Below are positions 25,301-38,484 of a stretch of 64,000 nt of DNA, piece by piece. The notes under the pieces are model-generated. The model had not been told where the DNA came from, searched no databases, and saw only the letters and a list, made by a program, of their open reading frames with translations. Both the position numbers and the translations under genes were made by a program. Numbering within the stretch: position 1 is the first letter of the stretch; the number at the start of each line of letters is the position of its first letter. The stretch lies in contig NC_045138.2 of NCBI RefSeq assembly GCF_008831285.2, positions 29,636,001 to 29,700,000 on the forward strand. Direction: 5' to 3'. The DNA comes from Nymphaea colorata. Taxonomy: Eukaryota.

Positions 25301-28300
25301 CTCCCTCCCACTCTCATCATTCCAACCATGGTTAGATAAACCCCAGTTTGGCGCATCCAATTGAGATGAGCCACCCAATGAGCACGTTGGCCGACCTTCA
25401 GACGCAGTACCGCACTGGTACGTCTTTGGTACCACGCTTTCAAATCAGACTGCTTTCAAATAACTCTCTCTCCCTCTCTTAACTGATGCCCCCACACGCT
25501 CCTTTGAGCATCTGCCCTCCTCCATTAATGGCTACCATAATATTTTCATGAAGGCCACCAGTGACCCACCTTTCTGAGCGTGGATCAAGTGGTACCCCTA
25601 ACCATGTTCATCTCTCTCTCTCTCTCTCTCTCTCTTGTTTGTTTATCGTCATCAATAGCTATTGATGACGTCCACCTCGAGCCCAACCAGATCAGGAATC
25701 CTCCAAGAAATTATGTCAGTGTTATAATAGAGTAAAGAATTAAGTGAATTACAAAAAGGTGTTTAGGGCATATCATGTGACTCACTACACTACAATGAAA
25801 TTGCTAAGGGATTGGCACCTCCCTACATGTAAGATGAACTACATATAAGATGAATGTTGGTAGGTGGTCAGCTTTTGTTTCGAACTCATGAAGCGTTAAC
25901 TCTCTATACTATAAAAAGAGGGCTACTTATGTGTAGATTGAAGCAATGTGAGAGTGGTGGGACTCAAAGCAAACTTCCTATCCTATAGGGATGAGAGGTT
26001 GAATGAATATTTCGGCCTTAAGTTGGTTGATGAGTTTTTCCTACTTACCTAAAAGGAAATTGCTCAATAGAATGAAACATAAAGAATGTTTCAAAAAAGA
26101 GTAATTAACTTTGGGTAGTAACAAAAACATAAGTTTGATATATTTTTATTTTTCAGTTAACCCTTACTTTTGTGTACACATTCAAACTCAAATATGTGAA
26201 TGCATTTTGGTAAAGAATATTGTGTTTTGGAATACATATTCCAATAACACCATATTTTTATTTCAGAAAATATAGTGGCATTAGATTTTTGATTTAGGAA
26301 CATCGATGATTACACTATCGTTCATATAACAAGAATGTAGTGTTATTAAAACAAACGTTATAAGAAGATCACATAATAACTAATCTGCTTATCAAACACC
26401 TTATTAGTTCTCATAGACAAAGATTTCCAGTCAAAATTCGCTGGACCTTGATACCAGATCAATCACATAGCTACAGGCGATTGAAGGATTCAGAGATGAG
26501 GCTTAAGACAAACTGTTTAATAGAAAAAATTATTAACAGAAGAGAGAGAGAGAGAGAGAGGGAGAACAAAACAGCTGAAAGCAGCATATGATAATGGCTT
26601 TCACTCATTATAATTAGCATGAAAACAAAACCATAAGAATGATGACAGCATGTTAGGTGAAGTAGTTAAAAGCAATTGGTTCATTTGTTTAAAGCCTACG
26701 GATGATGTATGGCTTCTAGGATCCTCATGAAATTAGGGAACGCAGTAAAAGAAGAAAGCATGTGCTTTCCATACATATTTATCTAACTATTTCTCCCAAT
26801 CTCTTTAAACTATTCAACTATAGTACACTAACTTTACCGGAAATAAGGGCATGCCCAGTCTGTTAATTTATTTTATAAAAGAATGTGTTCATACAGATAG
26901 TGAAGCTTTTGCCAAGAAAGAAAAAGAAAATGATGATGCAGGAAGGTTCTCGCTAGAGTGGTAGCTTTACCATCTTGGGATCAATCTTTTGTATCTTAGC
27001 TTCTACTCCATTTGCTCTAAATATATCTTAGTTTTGCAGATCGAGGATGATGGGGACAAGATCTGGAGCATCGATCCCTAAGAACTCGTGATCACAGAAC
27101 TCTCTGTGGTGACTGGTGAGGGCGCTCCTTCCCCTACTGAATCATAGACGCCATTAAAGATTTAAAGCAGCAATCATGTTGCTTCGCTTCCAAGGCCGAA
27201 CCATCGTGGTGTGAAGCGAGGGCCATCGCCTTGGGATCGATGAAATATTTATGTGGTACGGACACCAATGTTTGAGAACCGACGCTTATGATTCCCATCA
27301 TTTTCTTATTATAACTTTGCCGTATTTTCTGGGGTTGTTTGTCTAATGATAAATAAGTGACCCCTGGTCAGGCCCGTACTGACGCCACCTTTGTCGTGGA
27401 AAAGTTTTGAGATCGGACCGATATTAATTATTATGAGTCCGCCGTTTCTTCTTTTGCAGCAGTCGATCTTCATTGTGGTTGCATTTGGTTTATAAGTAAA
27501 TTGGATTTCATGTGTATGCATGTTTTTAGTTGTTAAAGTTATTTACAGGGTTGTATATTTGATTTCATGAATGAAGATGATACCTGAAAAAGCTGATAAT
27601 TTAGACCGAAATGTATTTTAGACCAGCTTGGGTTGGATGCATGTTGGTCTTGGATAAGAGAATTGACAATTCTCAGAGGTCGAAGCCATAGGGTTGTTTA
27701 GGGGCTTCGGCGGTCTTATGGTACACCTTGAATAAGGAAACTGAATTCGCGTAAGAATAATTTGGGCAGCCCTAAGACGATGAGCAATGGGTTCAGTCTC
27801 ATAGAAAAGTGGGTTGAAAGTAGGATTTTTTGCCTTTTTTTAGGGGGGGCGGGGTGCGGGGCGAACAATTGAGAGGCTTACTCACAAAGAAGCCAATATA
27901 TTTTTTGAAAATTCTTACTTTATGAATGTTTTTGAGGAAAAGATACGATAATATTTTATTTTATTTTAATACAAGATGACTACAAGCAGATGCACATTCT
28001 TCACTTGTCTCATGGGAATAGTAACGCATGTGATGCAAGATGAACAAATACATCTAAACACACTTCCTTTCGTTAGATTATGCATATAATGTACTAATTA
28101 AGTAAAGTTTGATATCAAAATCGCTCCTAATATTTGGTGCACAACGTTTATTGTCAACTAGAGCATATGCCCAATTAGACTTAGAATATAAAGAATTGTC
28201 TGAGTTCGTGCTAATGAACTGTGTCGAGCTCAGACCTAATAATTTATCAGATGATATTCTTAAATGGATTTGACATATTTACACCTCTTAACCTCCGAAT

Positions 28301-28924
28301 GAGTGGAGTTTCCTACTGCCTGGCATCGGTCGAATCCTCCATCCAACCTTTTATTCCTTTATGGTGCACCTTTTTAACCTCATCCAAACATTCTCAATTG
28401 CAAGTGCGGACCAGTAGTGATCGCCTATCACAAAAACGTTAGCAGTTTCGAATATCTTTAAAAATGTGATTTGGCGACTTGCTTGATGTGTTCTTGATCG
28501 TTGAACATCAAAAAGACTTTCTCTTCAGTGAGTAGGAAAGTATAGTGGTCCTCGGTGTCAAAAGGAGTAGGAGTTAAATTTTGGTTTATATATATTTTAA
28601 ATATGATTAAGCCATCAAAATTAACATTAATCTGGATATGAATCTCCAGTTGAAAGAAATAACTGTAAGTTTAACCACTGCCAGCTCTGAATTATGTGGG
28701 CACCAAAAACATAAACATTCTTTCCTCTCAAACACCCCGTGTACTGAAAAGACTCTTATAATTGGGCAGAATGAAAAAGCAAAATGACCGGCATCATTTC
28801 TTCATACGATGGCAGACTTCTAATTGGAAAAAAAAAAAAACAGTGTCACAAGAGCATTCTCTAGAATCACTACTGTTTTTGGGAGAGTGGAGGTACACTT
28901 TAAAAGAGAACAGTATGTGTGCAA

Positions 28925-29050
<126 letters not shown>

Positions 29051-31492
29051 GTATTGAACCCTTATTTGCTGAACCTATAAGACATTATTTTAGCCACATA
29101 TAATGTTGAGAGACAAACAAGAAAAAAATTTATCAATTAATGTTATACAACTAAAACATTCCATCATTTTTTTTTATGTTTCTTTCAATCATCTATCTTA
29201 AAAAGATAGATGGTCAAGATGAATCTTTATGATCTAACACAGAGCCAGAGGTCCCAAAATTGTCAGATGCTAGTTATTGCTAGATGAACAAATTAAATTA
29301 GAAACACGATGAACCGCTGCCGTGGCTACCGTTTTCTGACAATAGATTTTTAATCCTTCAAACACCTGACAACATCCGGGATTTGATGATTTGAACTCCT
29401 TTATATTTATATGTGTACGCAGGCATGTAGTTATAAAGTAAGCGTGGACAGAGATTTAGATTTTGTTAGATTTGTGACATCATGGCATCTTCATGATGCG
29501 GGAGCGAGAGAGGAAGAGACGGAAGAAAAAGGAGGAGGAGAAGAGACAAGCAATAGAGACACGAGTAGTTTATGCGGATTTATTTTGTGTTCTTTTCTGT
29601 GTGGCAGCATTTGGACGGCCTCTAGTTAGCTGCCCTTCCAAACGAAAAGCAAATAAAAGACCAGAAAATTTTGCCTCATGCTTCTGCCACCGTTAAAAAG
29701 AAAAATTCTGAATTAAAAAACCTCAACTAGAATACCTACAGCCAGGAGAAAAGACAAGACATACACAGAGGGGCCCTCTGAACATCTGCGATCGGTCCCA
29801 CACTTAAGGCCTCAGCTCTTGTTAGTCACCATGTCATCTAAAAGTTCCAGTTCTCAATTGAATTCCGTAAATTCACCTGGCCCTGCCAAGTCAGCAGTAT
29901 GAGATGCTGATCAGCTTATGCATTGCTCGGAAAGCAAGTGGTATTTAGTCGGATGCTGAGTCAAGCAAAAAACAGTGCACTTGAAATGTCGGTGGTGCAA
30001 AGATGAAGCATATAAGTGCATCATGGTCATCAATCCTTTTAAAATGTGCAAGTCTGTCAATGAAAATCGGTGGGTTCCCCATGCATAGCGTTTGAATGCG
30101 CACAAGGGTGCGGGTGGGTTAGGGTAATTTTTTCGATGGACGCATATGCTACGTCAACAACCGCGTAGAGTCACGCGGGGGTGAGCAAGTGAAAGATCGT
30201 CGTCAAGTAGGGTGATCGTCGGCCGCCTTACTTAATGACATATAGTCAACAACTGGCTTCGGCTAGGAATTTCCTACTAAAGAAAGCCTACTCTCACTCA
30301 GATTTTGTATGGAAGTAAATAGGTATTTGGAAAAATGACAGTGATTTGATAAGGCCTCATGGACACAGCTTGTCGATGGTCTGCTGTGGGATAATCCTAG
30401 GTAATGGTGTGCTGAGTGCCTAACATTCATCGTTTAGTCCATGGTCCCAAAAGTTTGTTAAAGGCTTGAGAAACCTTGGGCGCTGCACGGGCCAAATTGG
30501 TTGTGAATAAGCTTAAAAAGTAAAAAAATGATTTAAATAAATAAATAAATATAATTAATTAACTGTGGGCAGGAGCGAAAATGGGTGAAAATGGGTGAGG
30601 TCCTCACTGGACTAAAGCTAATTAAAAATCTGTCAATAAAAAAAAAGTTTCTGGCTTGGCCCTGTTTATGGGTTACCTGCCACCTTTCTTTTTTTTTCCT
30701 GTTTATGGGTTACCCGCCACCTTTTTTTTTTTTTTTTTGTGTGTTTCGTCCATAGGCATCTCTTTGATCGTTTCTCTCAAAAGTTAAATGTTCTTTTGTT
30801 AATTTACAAAAGCTTAGTAGTGATCTGTTGTTCACCTTAAGTGATTGTTGTGACATCATAATAATATATAGGAATACATATATCATACATGAGGACCTAC
30901 ATGAATATAATGTCAACATCTGACATATGTATGTACTCCTAACCGACCTTCTCCAATGGGTAAGTTCTGGGAATATGTTCTAAAAGGAAAGATGTCTTCG
31001 AGATTTCACCACCCTCTATATAAGTGTACCTGCTTCAAAGCAAAGAAAGCAGCCAATTATACGTAATTCATACACTTTGGAATATATCAACATCAGAGAA
31101 CAATGATATGTGCTAAAGTGATGCCCACACTGGCGCCTACCTAGGTCATAAAGACCCAGAACCCTAAAGTAGGGAACCCACAGCTCACAAAGAAAAACCC
31201 TACCAAACTACCTGCATATACATGGAGCTCTCTTCAAACAAACTTTCAGTTCATATGCTGGAAGACCTTGCTTTTCTATTGCTTCTATGTATTAAAATAT
31301 CATGACAATGTTCTTGTGTCATCGTGTCTTGTTGTGTCGTGTCGCTCACGTGTCCTTGCAGCATGGAGATGCCAACAACTCGGATTAACTCGATTGACAT
31401 GTGATGTTTCCTGTTATGCTCCGACTATTTGGCTCGCCATTCCCCGTTAGGCTGCCACATAACCCTAACAACGGTCAAGGTCGGTACTAGCC

Positions 31493-31660
31493 AGGGGTGG
31501 AGCCAAGTTTTTTTTTTAAAAAAAATACCTAAATAGATTTCAAAATTTCTACAGGGGTCATCAATTTTTTTGGAAACATTAAATGGTAAAACTTTATTTT
31601 ACAGAATTTGAACAGGGTTCATGCCTTCATGGCCCCTGCCAGCCCTTTGGCTCTGCCCCT
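31493..31660. mobile_element. MITE with AGGGG(C/T)GGAGCC-type TIRs
   Basis: AGGGGTGGAGCCA...TGGCTCTGCCCCT with an AT-rich core. Confidence 0.7.
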
Positions 31661-33139
31661 CGTTAATTTAACCTATTTAAGCGTGCCATGTGTCAATTTT
31701 CAATTATTTTAAAAATGATTTTCTATACACTGATTTATTTGCTTTTTTAGACAATGTTTTTTTTTTTTGTATTTTTTGTCGATTCATACAAAATTGGTTG
31801 GCACAAATTTACCAGATCAAATTCAAGACAGCTAAATTCTTTGGGGGTGGGGCCAGAGCTGGGCTCATGAAGGCTAATTTAAAAGTGACAAGACTCTGCA
31901 ACTAAATCTAACCCACCTGCAACCATGGGTGCAATAAGCTGACCCATTCCCATCACTCAAGTTGATTAGGGTCTTCACTTATTATTCTTGTTAACCTGTT
32001 TAAGGAAACAGCAGATCATGGGGGTTTGGTCCAACAGATACAACTTAGTCCCATATCAAGGGAGCACCAATATGCATCTAAGAAGCGGGCCCTCGCGCCT
32101 TATGTGGCCAAGCCAACCCCTTTATAAGTAGCCCTACCCCCTTCCCCTCTCTTTCTTACGCACGGTGTGTCGTGCAGACATACATACACACACACATATA
32201 TATATTTAATATGCATCTACATGTAAATTTGCAGGTGAACCCGAATTCTACACGAGTTTTACCAATATCAGCACCTTTTCGATGCGATACAGAGGCCGAT
32301 ATGATCCCCTCCAAAAAATCGACCGATACGAAGGCAGATGAGCTCGTGTTGGAACCGATACGGATCGATACATTATTAAAATATAATTGAAAAATTATTA
32401 ACTTTTTTTTATCTTCTTAATGCCCATACTCTACTGTTTAGGAATTGGGTACTAGACAGATTTTTTTTATTTTACAGCAGTGGTCGATCTTTGCTACAAT
32501 AGTACAATCCTATATTTAAATGGAATCCAAGAGAATTTCTGCATCCAGTGCAAGAACACTTGGGAAAAAATCACGGAGAAGAAGAGCCAGAGGAAGTTGC
32601 TCGACATTAAAATACATAGTTTAGTCGTCACTGTCAGCTTAGTCCTTTCTCTTCTCCTTTTCTTTTTCACATGAGCGAACTGCAAAAAGCAAGCTCATAT
32701 ATTTAGTAACAGTAGTCATTATCTGTACCTCCTTGGGCAGCAGCAACTCCTCTGTCTTCAAGATACAATCAAAAGCGTCAAGATGCGCAAATTTTTTCCT
32801 TTCTTTCTACCTGGTTTTATGCTTTGTAGATGAGTCTTTGATAAAGGGAGGAAATTTTTCCAGGGTGTACTAGATAGTGAAATTTCACCTGCAGCTCTTA
32901 CATCTAAGTACACTTGGGTTGAGTCTTTCTTGAAAAGTTTTCCCCCAGTTAATTACAGCGAAATAACAGAGTTATTTGGAGATCGTTTGGCAGCAGAAAC
33001 ACTTTCTGCGAGTTTAAAATGTTTCATGAAACTGCTTCAATTTCGTGCTTTCACTATCAAACGGCTCCTTAAAGCCACTAATGGAGCAAAAAATTTTGAT
33101 TGGTGTGGGTACTAATTCAACATGTTTTATGCTTTTAGG

Positions 33140-33185
<46 letters not shown>

Positions 33186-33714
33186 GATAAATAGTTAAGA
33201 TTCTCACTTAAAAATAAAAAACTTTTCAAAAACTGGTGTGAGCAACTGCCCCCACTAGACATCATGTGGCTCCCCCACTATAGTTAAAGCCCTTAAGGAT
33301 GTGAGCGATAATAGAAGACTAGTCTTTAGTTTGATTCTCGTGAGCACCAACCCCTTGCTTAAGCGGACACATACCTAAGAGAGCAGAGCAGCATATTGAC
33401 AAATGAAAATTTTCTCAACTCAACGACTCCTTGCTTTCGAAAAGCAGCATAAAGTGTGCAAGGGGGGTACTAGCTACTTTGAGCATGCTTGTGACATAGG
33501 TCTAGAGATGCCCCCACGGTGGCCGGCTCATAGGTCCATAGCGTTGCTTTATTCCTTTCTAACTACCAATCTTCCGGTCCCTTGAGTTCATGATATATCA
33601 CCTAAGTTAGGTTACATACAATACTCTTATAGCTAGCAATGACTTGTAACTCTATTTGCTCTTCGTACAAGGCAACTAGCATGTATGAGAAGAGCTACCT
33701 ACAATAGTTTGGAT

Positions 33715-33891
33715 GGTGGCGGAGCCAGAAAATTTTTAGCTGAAGGGCACTAGTTATAAAATTTTAAAGTTTTAAAAGGTACCAATTATATGTAAACAAG
33801 AATAATTATCTGTAAATATCAAAATAAGCATTTTTTGTTGGTACATATAATTGTAATTGCCCACACAGTGCCCCCACTTGCCTCTACCCCT
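33715..33891. mobile_element. MITE of the same AGGGGCGGAGCC family with a flanking direct repeat
   Basis: GGTGGCGGAGCC...GCCTCTACCCCT, flanked on both sides by AGTTTGGAT (33706-33714 and 33892-33900). Confidence 0.7.
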
Positions 33892-36800
33892 AGTTTGGAT
33901 CCTTGGATCCCGTCATGCTTCCATTGATTGAGCTTAACCTAGCTTCATTCACTTTCTAGTCTGATTGAAAGGGATTTGATGGTGTGGGATAAATAAAAAT
34001 CGAGATTTTGTATATAAATAGAATTATCAGAAAATATGAGGGCAATATGTTCAGACGATTCACAAGTTATTATGTGTAAAGTAATTTTTTTACAAAGGTG
34101 AATTACATTGTGCATTGACTTTAAAGATTTCTTTTATAAGTCCTTCATCCAATCAGATTTGTCATATATGTGTGTGTGTGAGAGTGAGAGAGAGAATGTT
34201 ATCTTTTGATACTATTTACTAAGCAATCTTGGGTCAGCAGGAATAGTATTTCATTTTACTGTCAAACACGAGGACCGGAACTTCCTTTTTTCTACTCCTA
34301 AGATCCGCAGCCCCTGCTAATAAAGCTAAAAACTAGCGGCCTACCAGCTACTGACCCGGCCGCGCTACACCCCTTACTTTTACAATCCAAAGTACATAGT
34401 AAGAAAGCAATTTTCATGTTTTGTTTCAACTGGAGTTAAAAAAAAAAAAGTGGGCATGCACTTCCAACAGCCATATCTGGGTTGGTACGTCGTCCATGAA
34501 GACACAAACACCATAAGTGCACATGCGTCTGCCTTTCTTTTCCCTTTCACTTTTTCTACTTTCCCTAGACAACTTTTTCGCTGCAAATCTTGTTCTTGGA
34601 AAAATAGTGGCGAGGAAAATCTCGCGACATGTTTAAAAAGCTAAGCTTTTCTTGGACAACTAATCTCGCAAAGTCGTACAAGTAATGTCTCCGTAAAATG
34701 TGGTGCAGGAAGCTCAAACGAAAAAAGGATGCTTTATTACAGGAAGATCGTGTCAAACACCGAGCATCTTTAAGACGGGTGGTGTTTACGAAATACCAGA
34801 AAATAAAACCCCAAAATCCGAGTGTAAGATGTCGATAAATTGAAAATATCGTCAGTGTTCGCAACTATACGGCAATTTTTACTACGTTATGAATGATGAC
34901 GGGTGATTACGTCATCATGCTATGCAAGCAAATGCGTTGCAATATTTCCGGAAGAGCCTTCAAGAAATGTATTATTTCCACTTGGTGTCAATCATACAAA
35001 CCCGGTTTTCCAAAACTCATTAAAAATTTTGATTTTTATACCAAAAAAAGTTACATAAATGGGTTCAGATACCAATTACTAATTTGCTCCTAACATGATG
35101 TAAGATCCAAATCCAAAAAATTATTGCGTGTGCACGGTCAGGAGCACGCGAATCAGATCGCCTTTTGGATCTGAAGAAGATTTGGTGTTAGTGTTGTGGA
35201 TTTAATTTTGGATCTGGGACGATCAGGATCCATTTCTATAAAGAGGCCAGCGTCATCCAGGCATGACAAAAATACAGTTCATCGTTTAGTTTCATGTCGT
35301 CATATTCCATGAGAATAATGGAGGCGTCCAGAAAAGTTTCCCGTTCGGGTCTGGATCCAATGCGGGTCCGACTCGAGTTCACATGAAAGGAACAGGACGT
35401 AAGAGGACCGAACATGTAGCTTGCTAGGGATGGTTTGTCAAGGACAAAATGATTCCCACTTTAAAAAAAATGACCGTGTTTGCCCCTTGTCGTTCCGAAA
35501 TGACAACGCCGAAAAGACTCGTTCCCTTGGATTCCATGCATGTCCAAAAACTTATCCCAAGGGCATGTTCGGCATTAGAGAAAAAGTCAACGTCTTGGAT
35601 TCACTTTCGAGATTTTTTTTCCCACGAAAAAAGCTCAATGATTTTCATCAAGTCAAAAAGAGTCCAGATCCCAGGAAATCCAATGGCTTAAGCAAGGTCG
35701 AATCGGATCCGATCCGAGACGCTTGGCAACCGACTCGGAATTTGCCATTAACTGCCACTGACCAAGCTGAGTCACTTTACCGTCTGTTTGGTTAACTTGG
35801 CTTTGAAACAGCCAACTTTCCTCATGGTGTGTTTGGATGCACCTGCTTTATCTGGAAAAAGTGGGACAAGCAGGGAAACCGCTGAAGTTAATCGTACCTT
35901 CAACGCAATTTCCTTGTTTATCCCACTTTTTTGGACAAATAGGTACATCCAAACATGTCTACCTCAAGTTGCTAGGGACCCATTGGCTTGTACTTATACT
36001 AACTAAACAGTTGTGGGTTAGCTACCACATCATGTACAAACAAGCATCCAATGGTTCTTTTAGGCTCAGCCATGGCGCCATTAACATGGAATATTTCAAG
36101 GAGTTTGTCCCGAAATTTCTTGATTAGTTCCTTCCTTTCTTTTCCGATACGCGATCGTTTCTAATGTAATTACGCGATACTGTTTGAGTTCTTAACTTTC
36201 TCCAGATGACCATTTGTGCTTGTATTACAGAGGAAACAACTTTTACTGACAGTTTAGCTATCTTTGCGTCAGTAAATGTACTGTTTTTTTTTTCTTTTCG
36301 TAGTGTTTGTAGTGTTGATCGACCAAGCTTAGCCCCAACAACTATTGCTTGTACTTCTTATCTTCTAAAGGTCGAGGAACTCTTCGAGGAGCAAATCACT
36401 CTCTTCTTTCTATTTCTCATGTTTAGGGTTGTTTTTGGAGCATTAGAGTGACAACCCTGTTATGCTTTTAACTTGTATATTTATATCATTCATTTTGTAA
36501 TAGAAAAGGTTGACACCATGAAAATTTGAAATGTAAACTAGCTATCTATCAGCCCTCATCCTGACCGTTGCGCCAACCTCCTTAGCAATAAGACAACATC
36601 ATTTGGATCACTTAGTTAATTAGCATAAATATTGTTCCAATTCAATGAAAATATACGGCTAGCTCTTTTCACATTTGGGCAATATTCCTCAACTTAACAA
36701 AGAACATGGGCGTCCTCCACATATTTCCTCAAGTTCACACCCATTCAAAACTCGTACTCATGCACTGTTTCAAGCAAACTGGAATATTGTTGAACCAAAC

Positions 36801-37144
36801 TTATCTTAGCCAATATTCCGATATCCCTTTTTATTTAAAAAAAACTTTTTTTTTTAAATCTTTGAAATTACGGACTATATTTTTGCATTTATGAAGTAAA
36901 TCAAGGTTTCTATGATATGATCGATACCACTGTTAACTAGAGGGAGCATGACAAAAACCCCCCACATGGCCGGATCTAAATGATGGAATAAGCAGTTAAA
37001 TCTGAACAGATGAAAACCTAAAAGCTATGAATGACTAGCAAAAGACATCCTCCTAAACTTCAATCCGTGAATTGTCCTCCCCAAATTAGCAAAGTCCTTG
37101 TATGCCTAGCTCATGGAAATCTGATAATATCTTAGAATATGAAC

Positions 37145-37148
<4 letters not shown>

Positions 37149-37197
<49 letters not shown>
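37149..37197. repeat. (TA)n microsatellite upstream of the bHLH gene
   Basis: Direct reading. Confidence 0.95.
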
Positions 37198-37199
<2 letters not shown>

Positions 37200-37868
37200 C
37201 TTATGCTTTCACTATGGATTAATTAAGTAGCAACTGAGATCACTTCCGGTGAGTGAATTTATGCGGATTCTTAAAAGTACAGGCGCGTCAAGCCCATGCC
37301 CTCTGGTACGAAAGTCCATATCTCGACCTGCTTCGCCTACACCACAACAGCCAAAAATTCAAAAGGCCAAAAGAAGAAAAAAGTTTCTTTCTTCTTCGTG
37401 TTCTTCGTCTTCTTCTGTTATTTTGGGGAGTTCATGAACCGAGTCTTAGTCACATCCCGGTCCGAGTTGAACCAGTTAATGACCCGGTGGGGAAGTAGCA
37501 GCTCTAACCCTAACAGTGACCTTGATTAAGGAACTGAAAATCTTCCTTTTGATGATCTGGGGACACTGTCACCACCTTTTCTGCCACATTTTGTGATAAA
37601 GTAAAAGCTGAGACAAAAGAAAAGATGGAGAGAGAGAGCAAGGAGCATATAAAAATTCAAATCCAAAAGCAAAGTAATAACAACAAAGTTTTCATTGGGT
37701 CCATTTCTGCTACAAACACAAAGTTAGAGTCCACAGCCTCATCCCATCCAGCCAAAAGAGAAACAGGAAAGGAGGGAGGAAAAGAAAGAAAGGAAAGGAA
37801 AAGAGAGACGCAGAGGGGACGCTACTCGATTGTGTAGAGATTTAGGCCGCCGGAAAGGTCTATACGGC

Positions 37869-38214
37869 ATGAACCCTGGGATGCTGCAGACCTCGCTGGT
37901 GCAGCAGATGATGGCCGGAAACCCTGCGTGGTGGAGCCCGAACGGCGTCAGGCCACCACTTCCTCCTCCTCCTCATTCGCCGGCAGCTCCTCTGCAGCTG
38001 CCTTCTTCTCAGGCTTCTGCTGCTTCTTCTTCCTCGTCGTCGTCCCCCGCCTCCTCTTCCTCCTCCGTGATCATGCATCATCCGTATCCACCACCTTCTT
38101 CGCTTGTCATGAGCTCGTCATGGAACGAGAGCCAAGATTTTCCGGATTCCTGGAGCCAATTACTCTTGTAAAATGACACAGACCTCTCTCTCTCTTTCTC
38201 TTTCTTTCTTTCTT

Positions 38215-38252
<38 letters not shown>

Positions 38253-38452
38253 CCCATCTCAACACATGCGCACGTATCACGGATGCAAACAAGGAATAAT
38301 TTCAGGCTTTCGAGCCAATTGCTCTTGTAGTCTCTCTCTCCCTCTCTCTCTCTCCCACCACAGACAGGCATCATGGAATGCAAACAAAGAATAATTTCAG
38401 ACTTTTGGAGCCCATTGTTCTAGTAGTCTTGTAGTATATACCTCAGCCTCTA

Positions 38453-38484
<32 letters not shown>

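Noticed and set aside
29470..29505. miR172-like GGCATCTTCATGATGCGGGAG in a mini-hairpin
   Set aside because: About five mismatches to miR172 and the stem is far too short for a precursor.
31223..31243. TGGAGCTCTCTTCAAACAAAC resembling a miR159/319 star arm or target site
   Set aside because: About four mismatches, no complementary mature arm downstream and no evidence it is transcribed.
32048..32130. USE-like GTCCCATATCA plus TTTATAA (Pol III/snRNA promoter)
   Set aside because: Spacing of about 60-70 bp is too long and no recognisable RNA follows.
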